This document shows, in pieces, positions 20,279 through 30,584 of a DNA stretch of 64,000 bases. Made by a program: the position numbers and the translations under genes. Position 1 is the first letter of the stretch. The number at the start of each line of letters is the position of its first letter. Source of the DNA: an uncultured Gemmatimonadales bacterium (GTDB lineage Bacteria > Gemmatimonadota > Gemmatimonadetes > Longimicrobiales > Gaopeijiaceae); NCBI GenBank assembly GCA_963809895.1, contig CAWELD010000003.1, positions 1,856,001 to 1,920,000 of the forward strand, read 5' to 3'. The notes below the pieces were generated by a model. The model ran no database searches. It saw only the letters and a list, made by a program, of their open reading frames with translations, and was not told the origin of the DNA.

Positions 20279-23048
20279 CGGAGTCTTCGGGGCGGCCCGG
20301 CAAACGGGACACCGACCGTCGGGACCGACTGGGGCCGGCTCCCGCCCCGGAGCCGGAGTCGAGCAGGCTCTACCGGCTGTTGGCAGCGCTGCTACTGCCG
20401 GGGGGATTCCGGGCCAGCCACGGAGGGTCCATGGAGGAGACCTTCCTGCGGTCGCTCGAGCATGCACGGAGGGTTGGGGGGCGGTGGGGCGTGACGCTGC
20501 GCTGGGCCAAGGAGCTGGTGGACCTGGCGCGGACGGGTGTGAGGCTGAGGATGCCGGGGCGGGGGTCACTTCGCGACGCCGGGAGCGACGTGGACTCGGG
20601 GCATAAAGGGAGGGGGCATGGAGCGCACGCTGGGCGGGTGGGCACGGGGTGGATGGGATGAGGCACGGTTCGCCGTCAGGGGGCTGGTGAGGAACCCGAC
20701 CTTCTCGCTCTTCGCGGCGGGGACACTGGCGTTGGGCGTGGGGTCGTCCACCACCGTCTTCAGCGCGCTGGAGGGAGTGGTGCTGAACCCCCTGCCCTTC
20801 GCGGGCGCCGACCGGATGGTGACGGTGTGGCGGTCGACCGCCGGAGGTCGCGGCTTCCTAGCGCCCCACCTGGCACAGGCCCAGGCGTGGCGAGAGATGA
20901 AGGACGTATTCGAGGACCTGCACGCGTACCGAGCTGGAGGTGCCACCCTCACCGGGCTCGGCGACCCGGTCCAGGTACGACACTTCCGGGCCGATGAGGG
21001 GCTGTTCGGGTTCCTGGGCTACGAGCCGATTCTGGGCCGGACCTTCACCCACGACGAGCACGCGGGCCAGGGAGCCCGGGTGGCGGTGATCTCCGAGGGC
21101 CTCTGGAAGCGGCGTTTCGGGGCCCGGCGCGATGTCCTGGGGACCGCTCTCACCCTGAACGGGGAGCCGTGGACCGTCGTGGGCGTGGTGCCGGAGATCC
21201 CGGACCCCACCGCGGCCATCCTCCCGGTACAGGTGTGGTCGCCCCTGGGCACAGGGGCGGCGGTGACGAACATCTCGACGGTGGGGCGGCTGGAAGAGGG
21301 CGTCACTACGGCGGAAGCGGACGCCCGCCTGGAGGCGTACGCGGAAGGAGCGGCGAGCGCGGCCGGCGACGATCCCTCGGAGTGGGCCGCCCGGGCCATG
21401 CTGGTGGCCGAGTTCGGGCGGGACGGTATCGCCGCCACGCTCCGAAGCCTCATGGCCGCGGCGGTGATCCTCCTCCTGATCGCCTGCGTGAACGTAGCGA
21501 ACCTGTTGCTGCACCGGGCCGTCCGTGTGCGTCGGGAGACGGCTGTGCGAGCCGCGTTGGGGGCCAGCCGCGGGCGGTTGCTGCGCCAAGCCCTGGGGGA
21601 GAGCCTTCTGCTGGGCCTGGCCGGATGCGCGGCAGGGACGGGGTTGGCGTGGATCTCGCTCCGGGCGATCGAAGCCCTCCGTCCCACCCAGATGCGGATG
21701 CTGGATGGGCTCACCCTGAACGCGACGGTCCTCGGCTTCGCCCTGGGTGCGTCGGTCGCGGCGGGGCTCCTCTTCGGCGCACTCCCCGCCCTTCGGCTCG
21801 CGCGCCGCGACTGGGCCGCGGGCGTGGGAGGCGCCTCCTGGGCCGGAAGGGATGGCTCGGATGGACGTCGCGCCCGCTGGGCGTTTGTCGCTGCCGAGAT
21901 CGGCCTGTCCTTCGCGCTGGTGGTCGGAGCTGGGGTGGTGGTGGGGTCGCTCCGGGACATTCAGGCCCGGGACCCCGGGTTCCGAGCGGCGGGCCTTCTC
22001 TCGGTTTCGGTCAGCCTACCCTCCTGGCGCTACCAGGAGGCGGCGGGGAGGGAGGCCGCCTTCGGGTCCATGCTCGACAAGGTCCGCCGGCTCCCAGGAG
22101 TCCAGACAGCCGTGCTGGGCTCGGCGCTCCCGCCGAATCTCGGCGCCCTCTTCGGACGGCTCCAGGTGGAGGGACAGCCCGCCGACGAGGAGAGCGCGTT
22201 CATACGCGCCGGCCAGTACGGTCCGGGTATCCTGCACCTTCTGGGACAACCGCTCCTGGCAGGCCGGGACCTGGAGTCGGGCGACGCCGAAGACGGAACC
22301 AACCCCATCATCGTGGGCCAGACCCTGGCCACGCGGCTCTTCCCTGGCGCGTCGCCTGAAGAGGTGGTGGGACGCCGCTTCCGCACCTCACCGGACGAGG
22401 AATTCCAGACCATCGTGGGCGTGGCTGGCGACATTCGCACCTACCTCCCCGCCACGGAGCGCGACGCCGTAGCCTACTTCCCTCGCGCCGCCACGTACAA
22501 CCAGATGACGCTGGCATTGCGCCTCGCCCCCGGCGCGGCGGCCCCAGACCCCGCGACGCTCCGTTCCCTGATCCGCGAGGTCGAGCCTGACGCCCTGGTC
22601 GAGACCAGCACGGCCAGCCGCATGCTCGCAGAGACGGCGGGAAGGGAGCGCTTCACGACCGCGCTTCTTTCGGCCTTTACCCTGCTGGCGCTCGCGCTGT
22701 CGGCCGTGGGCCTCTACGGCGTCCTCTCTCAGGCCGTCGGCGAACGAACCCGGGAAATCGGAATACGCATGTCCCTGGGGGCCGACGCCAGCAAGATCCG
22801 GGGGATGGTCCTTCGAGGAGGGGCCGCAGCCACCCTGACCGGGCTCGTCGTGGGTGTCGTCGTCGTTCTCGTGGGGATGCGCGTCGCGGCGAGCTGGCTG
22901 GCAGGCCTCACGGGCATCGACGAGACCGGGTGGACCTCCTGGCTCACGGCCGCCCTGGTGGTCTCCGGCGTCTCTCTCCTGGCCACCTGGGTCCCGGCCC
23001 GGCGAGCCATCCGGACCGACCCGGCCCGCGCCATGCGAGGCAGAGTGA
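20275..23048 (+). CDS. ADOP-family duplicated ABC permease; prefix 20275-20661 and body 20618-23048 separated by a probable indel, second indel at the C-terminus
   Basis: RLYRLL...FRASHGGSMEETF prefix; IACVNVANLLL, REIGIRMSLGA; corrected end MRAE* at 23048. Confidence 0.85.
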
Positions 23049-23061
23049 GCGGCCCGAACGG

Positions 23062-23232
23062 GCCTCGAGCGCGACATCGATGCCGATCTTCTTCCGGTAC
23101 TTGAAGAGGTCGGCGATAGTCTTCGCGATCGAGTAGACACGGACCTCGACGCCCTCCACCTCGTGGACCTCCTGACCTTCTTCGAACGCAGGTCCCGTGA
23201 ACCAGACGAACTCCATGGTTGGACCGGAGACA
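23062..23232 (-). pseudogene. Internal fragment of abiEi (diverged copy of 24700-24870)
   Basis: Near-identical sequence encoding MEFVWFTGPAF...DVALEA with a few substitutions. Confidence 0.85.
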
Positions 23233-23256
23233 GACGACGCCTCCAGGTACCAGAGG

Positions 23257-23657
23257 CTCTCAATCCGCCGCCCGTAGCCAACGTCCAAGGCCCTCACCTC
23301 ACAGCGAGTACTCCTCGATCCGCTCCTTGCCCGAGACGCTCACCGGCAGCCGTGTCCCGTCGGCCAGGATCGCGAGCCACTTCTCCGGTCCGTCGTCGCG
23401 CAGCTCGCGCACCCGCTCGAAGTTCACCAGAGCCGAGCGATGGACGCGCACGAATCCGTGCGACTCGAGCTTCTTCTGGAGGGAGCGCATCGTCTCACGC
23501 AGCAGGAGGCTCCTGCCCCCGGTGACCACCTGGACGTAGTTGCCTTCGCTCAGGATGTAGTCGATGTCGCGGACGGGCGTCAGGACGGTGCGGTTCCCGA
23601 CGCGCAGGGGGAGGCGGTCATCGGCGTTGGCCGCACGCAGGCGCTGGATGCTCGACC
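23257..23657 (-). repeat. Copy A of LytTR gene 3' end plus downstream flank
   Basis: Encodes SSIQRLRAAN...KERIEEYSL; near-identical to the corresponding parts of copy B (from 25274) and of the gene ending at 29843. Confidence 0.92.
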
Positions 23658-23659
23658 CC

Positions 23660-24582
23660 TCATGCCCATCCCTCACCCGGCTTCCAGCTCTTCCTCATGG
23701 TCCGGCCGGCAGCGGAAGCCTGGAAGACCGGATGCGCGAACTCCCGAACTCGAGCTACGGCCTGGGAGAACTCGTCAGGACCCGAACGGGCCTCGGTCCT
23801 TCGTCGGAAGGCCTCCCACTGCTGCTGGCTATCGGCTTCCTCCGCGAATCCGTCCTGCAAGGCCTCCGGTACCGAACTGGGAATCTCCGTCCGTCGTTGC
23901 CTGAAGGTGGCTTCGATCTGGTCCTGTAGCTTCGGGCCCTCAAAAGGCTCCTCGTTGGACAGGACCAGGATGTCGAAGAAGTCCTTGAAGCGCGTCGTGA
24001 TCCTGCCGAGCTTCACGATTGCCTCGAGCTTCTCGGCGACCACGGCCTCCTTGCTGTAGATCAGCATTCGCGGGCGGGGCAGGTCGAGGATCGCGGGCAG
24101 CTCTGCCGCGATCGGGGCTTCAGCCACGACATCGCCGAAGCCGAGGTCGATCTTGGTCCGAAGTCTGGAGCCGCCCATCCGCCCCGTGACTCGGATCTCG
24201 AAGCCGCGGTATTCTCCCCCTCCTGGGTTTGGATGAACTCCAGGCTGTCCGGGTCGAAGTCGATCGCGTCATCCACGTCGACATCCGCTCCGAGGATCTC
24301 TCTGAAGATCGTGCCGACCTCGGCCTCCGAGTTGGCGAAGTGACCCGCGAAGTCGACATCCCGCGTCGCCCGCTGCGGGTCTCCCCAGAGGAAGAACAGC
24401 CAGGCGCCCTTGAGCACAAAGCGATCGGCATATGCGGATCTGGAGATACGGTACATGAGCCGCTCCGTCGCGTAACGGAGTTGGATGACCTGTGGGTCCT
24501 CGCCGGTCTCACGAGCGAAATTCCGGAGTTGCACGAGGACCGACTGAGCCAGGTTCGTCTTCCCCTCCGTCCAGTGGCTCAT
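23660..24582 (-). CDS. abiEii: AbiEii/AbiGii nucleotidyltransferase toxin (type IV TA), one frameshift near 24215
   Basis: FVLKGA, RATRDVDF, IDLGFGD, AEKLEAI, TRFKDFFDI; ATGA overlap with antitoxin. Confidence 0.88.
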
Positions 24583-25196
24583 GGGGTCGTCGTCAGGGAC
24601 TGGAGGTACGGCCGCATCACCGTTCGCACGCGACACACAGCAGCGTATCGGTCGAGCTCCTCCATGGTGAAGAGTCGATCCCGCCACGCCTCATGAAGAG
24701 CCTCGAGCGCGACATCGATGCCGATCTTCTTACGGTACTTGAAGAGGTCGGCGATAGTCTTCGCGATCGAATAGACACGGACCTCGACGCCCTCCACCTC
24801 GTGGACCTCCTGACCTTCTTCGAACGCAGGTCCCGTGAACCAGACGAACTCCATGGGTGGATCCGAGACATCCGGCTCTCGCCGGTTCTCCCGGTTGAGC
24901 GCCATCCACATCCGGCGAGGCATCTGCGTACCCACCTCATGAAACGCCAGTGCGGACAGGAGACAGACGATGCCCCTAGGCACAAGCTTTGAGGCCTCGG
25001 CGAAGCCGTGCTTCTCCGTGAACTCCGTGTCTGGATGCTTGAACAAGCCAGGAGCGACTTCCAGGAGCTCCCCGCGGTCTCGCAAGCGGTAGAGGAGATA
25101 AGAAGGGAATCCTGCATCCTCGACGTCCCGTGGACGGGCCAAACCCTTCCCGCGGACGAAGTCCCTTACCCGTTCGGTAACGGTACGCTCTTCCAT
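24579..25196 (-). CDS. abiEi: AbiEi-family antitoxin (type IV TA)
   Basis: GIVCLLSALAFHE, VYSIAKTIADLFKYRKKIGIDVALEAL. Confidence 0.9.
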   Translation of the reverse strand: MEERTVTERVRDFVRGKGLARPRDVEDAGFPSYLLYRLRDRGELLEVAPGLFKHPDTEFTEKHGFAEASKLVPRGIVCLLSALAFHEVGTQMPRRMWMALNRENRREPDVSDPPMEFVWFTGPAFEEGQEVHEVEGVEVRVYSIAKTIADLFKYRKKIGIDVALEALHEAWRDRLFTMEELDRYAAVCRVRTVMRPYLQSLTTTP

Positions 25197-25210
25197 CGGA
25201 CGCCCAGATT

Positions 25211-25256
25211 GTGGTGATTTGCGGACACATAACAATATATGTCCGCATTTTACCAC
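25211..25256. promoter_or_regulatory. Inverted repeat, putative AbiEi operator
   Basis: GTGGTgattTGCGGACA ... TGTCCGCAttttACCAC just upstream of abiEi; AbiEi proteins are known to autorepress via promoter inverted repeats. Confidence 0.7.
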
Positions 25257-25273
25257 GCCGCAAGCGGCAGCCC

Positions 25274-25732
25274 CTCTCAATCCGCCGCCCGTAGCCAACG
25301 TCCAACGCCGTCACATCACAGCGAGTGTCTCTCGATCCGCGCCTTTCCCGAGACGCTCACCGGCAGCCGTGTCCCGTCGGCCAGGATCGCGAGCCACTTC
25401 TCCGGTCCGTCGTCGCGCAGCTCGCGCACCCGCTCGAAGTTCACCAGAGCCGAGCGATGGACGCGCACGAATCCATGCGACTCGAGCTTCTTCTGGAGGG
25501 AGCGCATCGTCTCACGCAGCAGGAGGCTCCTGCCCCCGGTGACCACCTGGACGTAGTTGCCTTCGCTCAGGATGTAGTCGATGTCGCGGACGGGCGTCAG
25601 GACGGTGCGGTTCCCGACGCGCAGGGGGAGGCGGTCATCGGCGTTGGCCGCTCGCAGGCGCTGGATGCTCGACCGGAGGTCTTCCCCGCCCGCTCGCCCC
25701 TCGAGCAGGGCGAGGGCGCGCTCCCAGGCCCG
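25274..25732 (-). repeat. Copy B of LytTR gene 3' end plus downstream flank
   Basis: Matches the intact gene up to 30259; ends KARIERHSL instead of KERIEEYSL. Confidence 0.92.
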
Positions 25733-25822
25733 TGCTCTGCACCCCGTTTCTGGTCCACTAGAAGCGAGAGTTTTCGAGCTCCTCAGGGCCTGGGGTGAGT
25801 AGAGCGCGATCGAACCGCGTCG

Positions 25823-26155
25823 TCAGCTGACCGGCGCGTCCCCCAGCAGGTCGCGGCCACGGGCGTAGCGCACGACGGCGTCCAGGCGCAGCAACTCCTC
25901 GCGCAGCGCTTGCCGTCCCGCGCCCGCCAGCACGTAGAAGCGCCGGGGCGGGCCTCCGGACACGGGCTCGTCGATGGGGGCGTCGACCTCGTCGATCAAT
26001 CCCTGCTCCACCAGGCGGTGGACGGCCTCGTACAGGGTGCCGGAGCCCAGCACGACCTGCCCCTCGGTGCGCTCCTCGACGGACTGTTTGATGCCGTAGC
26101 CGTGCAGCGGCCCATCGGCGAGGGCGAGGAGGATCTGGAGCGTCCGGGTCGTCAT
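25823..26155 (-). CDS. PadR-family transcriptional regulator
   Basis: MTTRTLQILLALADGPLHGYGI, GSGTLYEAVHRL, RRFY; downstream of its permease. Confidence 0.9.
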   Translation of the reverse strand: MTTRTLQILLALADGPLHGYGIKQSVEERTEGQVVLGSGTLYEAVHRLVEQGLIDEVDAPIDEPVSGGPPRRFYVLAGAGRQALREELLRLDAVVRYARGRDLLGDAPVS

Positions 26156-26159
26156 GCGT

Positions 26160-28781
26160 TCATCCTTCCTCTCGGAGCGCATCCACCGGGTCGATGCGGG
26201 CGGCCCGTTCTGCCGGTACCCATGCAGCCAACACGCCGGAGCCGAGCACCACGGCCGCCACAGCAACGTACGACACCACGTCCCGAGGCGTCACGTACGC
26301 CAGCACGTCCGTCATCGCGCGGGACGCCAGCGCCGCACCCGCCAGTCCCAGCACGATGCCGATGCCCACTGTCGCGCCGGTGCGCGCCACCACATCCCCC
26401 ACCACCCTGGCGCGGCGCGCACCCAGCGCCATGCGGATACCGATCTCCCGGGTACGGGCCCGTGTGGCGTACGCCGTGGTGCCGTACACGCCCACGATGG
26501 CCAGCAGGAGCGCGATCATCGCGAAGGCGCCGAAGAGCCCGGTGTAGAAGCGCGCCCGGGCGCGGCCGTCGGCGGCGAGGCTCTCCACCGTCGCGATGCT
26601 GGTGACGGGAAGCGCAGGATCGATGCGGTGCACCAGAGCCCGGATCGCCGGCGCCAACGCCGCGGCGTCGCCATCGGTCCGGAGCATCAGGTCCATGCTG
26701 CTCCACGGCACGTCCTGGAGCGGGACCATGATCTCCGGCGGCGTCTCCTCACCGACCGTGGTGCGCACGTCCGCCAGGACACCCACGACCTCGTAGTTGG
26801 CCTCGTCGTCGATGCCCTTTCCGCCGGACCTCACGTGCTTGCCGAGGCCCGACTCCCCGGGCCAGTACTTGCGCACGAAGGCCTCGTTGACCACCGCCAC
26901 GGGGGCGGTTCCGTCATCGGTGGGTCCGAAAGCCCGGCCCTCCACCATCCGCGTGCCCACCGTGCGCACGTAGTCCCCACCCACGACGAGCATGGTGATG
27001 AGGTCGCCCTCTTCGTCGGCCGCCGCAGCCTGCCCGGCCGGCGGCTCGGGGCGGTACGTGGAGCTGATGCGCGTGCCGCTGTACGGCGCCTGGATGGCCA
27101 CGCCAACGGAGGTAACGCCGGGGATCGATGCCGCGTCGTCCATGATCCGCTGCCACATCCCCACCCACTCGTCCTTCCCGAAGCGGGGCTTCAGGTCGAG
27201 GCGGGCGCTGGCCAACCCCTCCGGTCGGAAGCCGGGGTCCTCGTGGGCGAGCCGAACCAGGTCGTGGGCCAGGAGTGCGGAGCCCACGGCGAGCACCACC
27301 GCCAGCCCGGTCTCGACGATGACCAACGTCCCGCGCAGGCGCCCCTCGCTGCGGCTTGCCGTGCCGCGCCGTGTGAGCGTCTCCACGCCGGGGACCGTGG
27401 CCGCCGTGCTGCGCAGCGCGGGAAGGAGGCCGAACAGGATGACGGTGCCCATCGCCACCGCGAGGGAGAACGCCAGGCCGCGGCCGTCCACGGCCACCTC
27501 GACCAGCCGAGGCAGCCCTTCCGGCGCGTGGCTACGGAAGAGCGTCACCGCGCCCCACGCCAGGAGCGCGCCGAGGGCTCCTCCGCCGGCGGCGATGAGG
27601 CCACTCTCGGCCAGGAGCTGGCGCACCAGGCGTCCGCGCCCGGCGCCCAGGGCGACGCGCACCGAGAGCTCACGGGCGCGCTGCGCCCCTCGCGTGAGGA
27701 GCAGGCTCGCCACGTTCACGCAGGCGATGAGCAGCAGGAGCGCGACGGCGGCCATCACCCGGTCGAGGGTCGACCCGATCTTGCCCACCACCTGAGTACG
27801 GTAGTCGGCCACCGACCCCCCGATGACGAAGTTCGGCCCGTCGCTCCCGTACACGTCCGTCACCGCCTGGTCGATCCACGCGTCGAGCTCGGCGAGGGTG
27901 CGTCCCGGGCGCGCCCGCGTCACGCCGACGAGAAAGAAGCTGCGTGTGTGCGCCGAGGCGGTGATGGGAAGAGGCACCCAGAGATCCCCGTCGTGGATCA
28001 GTTCGGGGGGCGGCACGAAGTCCCGGGCGAGCACGCCGATGATGGTGTACGGCTCGTCCCCCATCCGGAGCGTGCGGCCCACCACGCCCGGGTCCGCGCC
28101 GAAGCGGTCGCGCCAGAAGCCGTCGCCCAGGACCACCACCTTCTCCGCACCCGGGTCGTACTCCGCATCCACCGGAAAGCGCCCCAGCCCGGCGCGAGCG
28201 CCGAAGAAGGAGAAGAAGCCGCGGGTCACCTGCATCACCGCGTGCCGCTCGAGCCCGTCTCCGAAGTGGAGCACTTTGGCCGTGGGCGAGGCGGCGACCA
28301 CCCCCTCCGCCGGCCCGAGGCCCTGCTGCAGGCGGACCATGAGCCCGTCGCTCAGCGGGCCCACGCCCTCCGGGTCGTTGCGGGCCTGGATGCCGACGCG
28401 CGCCATGCGCTCCGAGCCCGGATACGGGAGCGGCCGGAGCACCACCCGGTCCAGCACGCTGAACACCGCCGTGGTGGCGCCGACCCCCAGCGCCAGGGTG
28501 AGCACCGCGAACAGCGTGAAGGAAGGCGCGCGCCTGAGCACCCGCGCACCGCTTCCCAGATCCGCCAGCAGCTTCCTCATCCTCCTGTCCCCTCCCCCGC
28601 GCCGCACCGCGGCGGCCGCGCGCAAGTGATCGATCACCAGGCGCGGCCAGTAGCCCACGCCTCCCTCCCCCGAGGCCCGGGCCTCACGGTGGAACGCCTC
28701 CATCTCGGACCCATAGCGGTCCCGATACGCCCGAGGGTACAGGCGGACGAGCCAGCGGAAGAGTCGGGAACGGGGCGCCAT
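26160..28781 (-). CDS. ADOP-family duplicated ABC permease with LYPRAYRDRYG-type prefix
   Basis: TLALGVGATTAVFS, IACVNVASLLL, REIGIRMALGA. Confidence 0.92.
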   Translation of the reverse strand: MAPRSRLFRWLVRLYPRAYRDRYGSEMEAFHREARASGEGGVGYWPRLVIDHLRAAAAVRRGGGDRRMRKLLADLGSGARVLRRAPSFTLFAVLTLALGVGATTAVFSVLDRVVLRPLPYPGSERMARVGIQARNDPEGVGPLSDGLMVRLQQGLGPAEGVVAASPTAKVLHFGDGLERHAVMQVTRGFFSFFGARAGLGRFPVDAEYDPGAEKVVVLGDGFWRDRFGADPGVVGRTLRMGDEPYTIIGVLARDFVPPPELIHDGDLWVPLPITASAHTRSFFLVGVTRARPGRTLAELDAWIDQAVTDVYGSDGPNFVIGGSVADYRTQVVGKIGSTLDRVMAAVALLLLIACVNVASLLLTRGAQRARELSVRVALGAGRGRLVRQLLAESGLIAAGGGALGALLAWGAVTLFRSHAPEGLPRLVEVAVDGRGLAFSLAVAMGTVILFGLLPALRSTAATVPGVETLTRRGTASRSEGRLRGTLVIVETGLAVVLAVGSALLAHDLVRLAHEDPGFRPEGLASARLDLKPRFGKDEWVGMWQRIMDDAASIPGVTSVGVAIQAPYSGTRISSTYRPEPPAGQAAAADEEGDLITMLVVGGDYVRTVGTRMVEGRAFGPTDDGTAPVAVVNEAFVRKYWPGESGLGKHVRSGGKGIDDEANYEVVGVLADVRTTVGEETPPEIMVPLQDVPWSSMDLMLRTDGDAAALAPAIRALVHRIDPALPVTSIATVESLAADGRARARFYTGLFGAFAMIALLLAIVGVYGTTAYATRARTREIGIRMALGARRARVVGDVVARTGATVGIGIVLGLAGAALASRAMTDVLAYVTPRDVVSYVAVAAVVLGSGVLAAWVPAERAARIDPVDALREEG

Positions 28782-28806
28782 GCATGATCTCGGAAACTAG
28801 ATCGGC

Positions 28807-28821
28807 GTCCGACAGTCGGAC
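28807..28821. promoter_or_regulatory. Palindrome GTCCGAC-A-GTCGGAC, putative PadR operator
   Basis: Perfect 7-bp arms upstream of the permease-PadR operon; same TCCGA-N3-TCGGA core as 19821 and 19855. Confidence 0.65.
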
Positions 28822-28939
28822 ATCGACATAGTTAAGGGGCGGAGGTGGAGCCCGCAAGGGCGAGGGAATGGGGGTCGCAGCGCAGCCGACGATGAGATGG
28901 TCACCCCAGGCCCGGACGTACATGCCCTGAGTGATGGGG

Positions 28940-29656
28940 TTAGTCGCGGATCAATCCGCCCGTGTTCTCTCGGGCCCATTGGAGGTCCCGCGGGGTGAGC
29001 CTTCGTCGCTTCAGCCCCGATGGTTGCCGGGCGTCCATGACTGCGCTGACGTCGCCGACGCAGGTCATCGCTCCGCAGACGTGGCCGGGCCCGAAGAGGA
29101 CGTGCCCCCATTCGTGCAAGACCGTGGTCTGCACATCCAGAGCAGCCGCAGGCACGTCGTCCGAGACGCTCCACACGCGGCCCGGATAGTCGAACTGCTT
29201 CGTGGCTGAATTGTATTCCCGCTCGCCGAGGCTCTGGAGCACGATCATTCTGGGCATGCACGGGAAGCGGGGGTGTTGGGCATACGTTGCGAACGCCTGT
29301 GCCCTCTCATAGAAGGCGTTGTTTTCCGTCTCAGACGCCAGCACATCCCAACGGATCAGGACATCGGCCGAGGATGCCGATGGCGAACTCAATCGCTCGA
29401 TCTTGACCCCGGTGTGGTTGGACCACTCTTCGGCGGCGCCCACCATCGCCGCGATCATCTCGCTGTAGCTGTAGAGCAAACTCCGTGGGATGGGTCCCCA
29501 GAACGCCCAGGTGATCGTGGTAGGGGTCGCGGTAGCCTGTGTCGCATCACAATAGTATCCCCGCTCGTCAAAGCGTCGCCCGGAAGTCTCCTGAGGAGCC
29601 GCAAACGCCATGAGCGCAATAAGGGGCGCCAATGCAAACAGGGATACACGCCTCAT
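28940..29656 (-). CDS. Secreted metzincin (matrixin-like) zinc metallopeptidase
   Basis: Signal peptide; LDVQTTVLHEWGHVLFGPGH and downstream SAVM (Met-turn-like). Confidence 0.7.
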   Translation of the reverse strand: MRRVSLFALAPLIALMAFAAPQETSGRRFDERGYYCDATQATATPTTITWAFWGPIPRSLLYSYSEMIAAMVGAAEEWSNHTGVKIERLSSPSASSADVLIRWDVLASETENNAFYERAQAFATYAQHPRFPCMPRMIVLQSLGEREYNSATKQFDYPGRVWSVSDDVPAAALDVQTTVLHEWGHVLFGPGHVCGAMTCVGDVSAVMDARQPSGLKRRRLTPRDLQWARENTGGLIRD

Positions 29657-29842
29657 GATCACTCTCCGCGCCAAGTTCGACTCTGATCCGAGAGAACTGC
29701 CCCCGCGCACGGAGGTCAACCCTCTTGTCCCTGGGCTCATTTCGGCGCCGACAGGATGCGTCGGGCGTCATGGGGTGCCTTGCTGGTTCGGGGGCCCAGG
29801 TGATCCGCCTGCCGAGGGGCCCGTTGCCAACCAACGCCGTGG

Positions 29843-30584
29843 CTAGAGCGAGTACTCCTCGATCCGCTCCTTGCCCGAGACGCTCACCGGCAGCCGTGTC
29901 CCGTCGGCCAGGATCGCGAGCCACTTCTCTGGTCCGTCGTCGCGCAGCTCGCGCACCCGCTCGAAGTTCACCAGAGCCGAGCGGTGGACGCGCACGAATC
30001 CGTGCGACTCGAGCTTCTTCTGGAGGGAGCGCATCGTCTCACGCAGCAGGAGGCTCCTGCCCCCGGTGACCACCTGGACGTAGTTGCCTTCGCTCAGGAT
30101 GTAGTCGATGTCGCGGACGGGGGTCAGGACGGTGCGGTTCCCGACGCGCAGGGGGAGGCGGTCATCGGCGTTGGCCGCACGCAGGCGCTGGATGCTCGAC
30201 CGGAGGTCTTCCCCGCCCGCTCGCCCCTCGACCAGGGCGAGGGCGCGCTCCCAGGCCCGGGCCACGCGCTGGAACTCGAAGGGCTTGAGCAGATAGTCGA
30301 TGGCGGCGACGTCGAAGGCGCGCAGCGCGAATTCGTCGTAGGCCGTCACGAAGATCGTCACCGGCACCTGGTCGGTATCGAGGCCCTCGATGACCTCGAA
30401 GCCGTCCCGGCCCGGCATGCGGATGTCGAGGAATACCACGGCCGGGCGCTGGGCCGCGATCATCTCCAGCGCCTGATCCCCGGACGCGGCCTCGACGATG
30501 GTCAGCTCATCGTCGAGCTGCGGTCAGATGCTCGCGGAGCATCTCCCTCACCAGGGGCTCGTCGTCGGCGATCAGGACCTTCAC
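29843..30584 (-). CDS. LytTR-family response regulator (N-terminal frameshift(s) near 30520-30545)
   Basis: GTG start VKVLIADDEPL at 30584; FLDIRMP, FVTAYDEFA, DYLLKP, FVRVHRSALVN. Confidence 0.9.

Noticed and set aside
23257..30259. LytTR repeats as DGR template/variable repeats
   Set aside because: Differences are few, mostly synonymous and not adenine-specific
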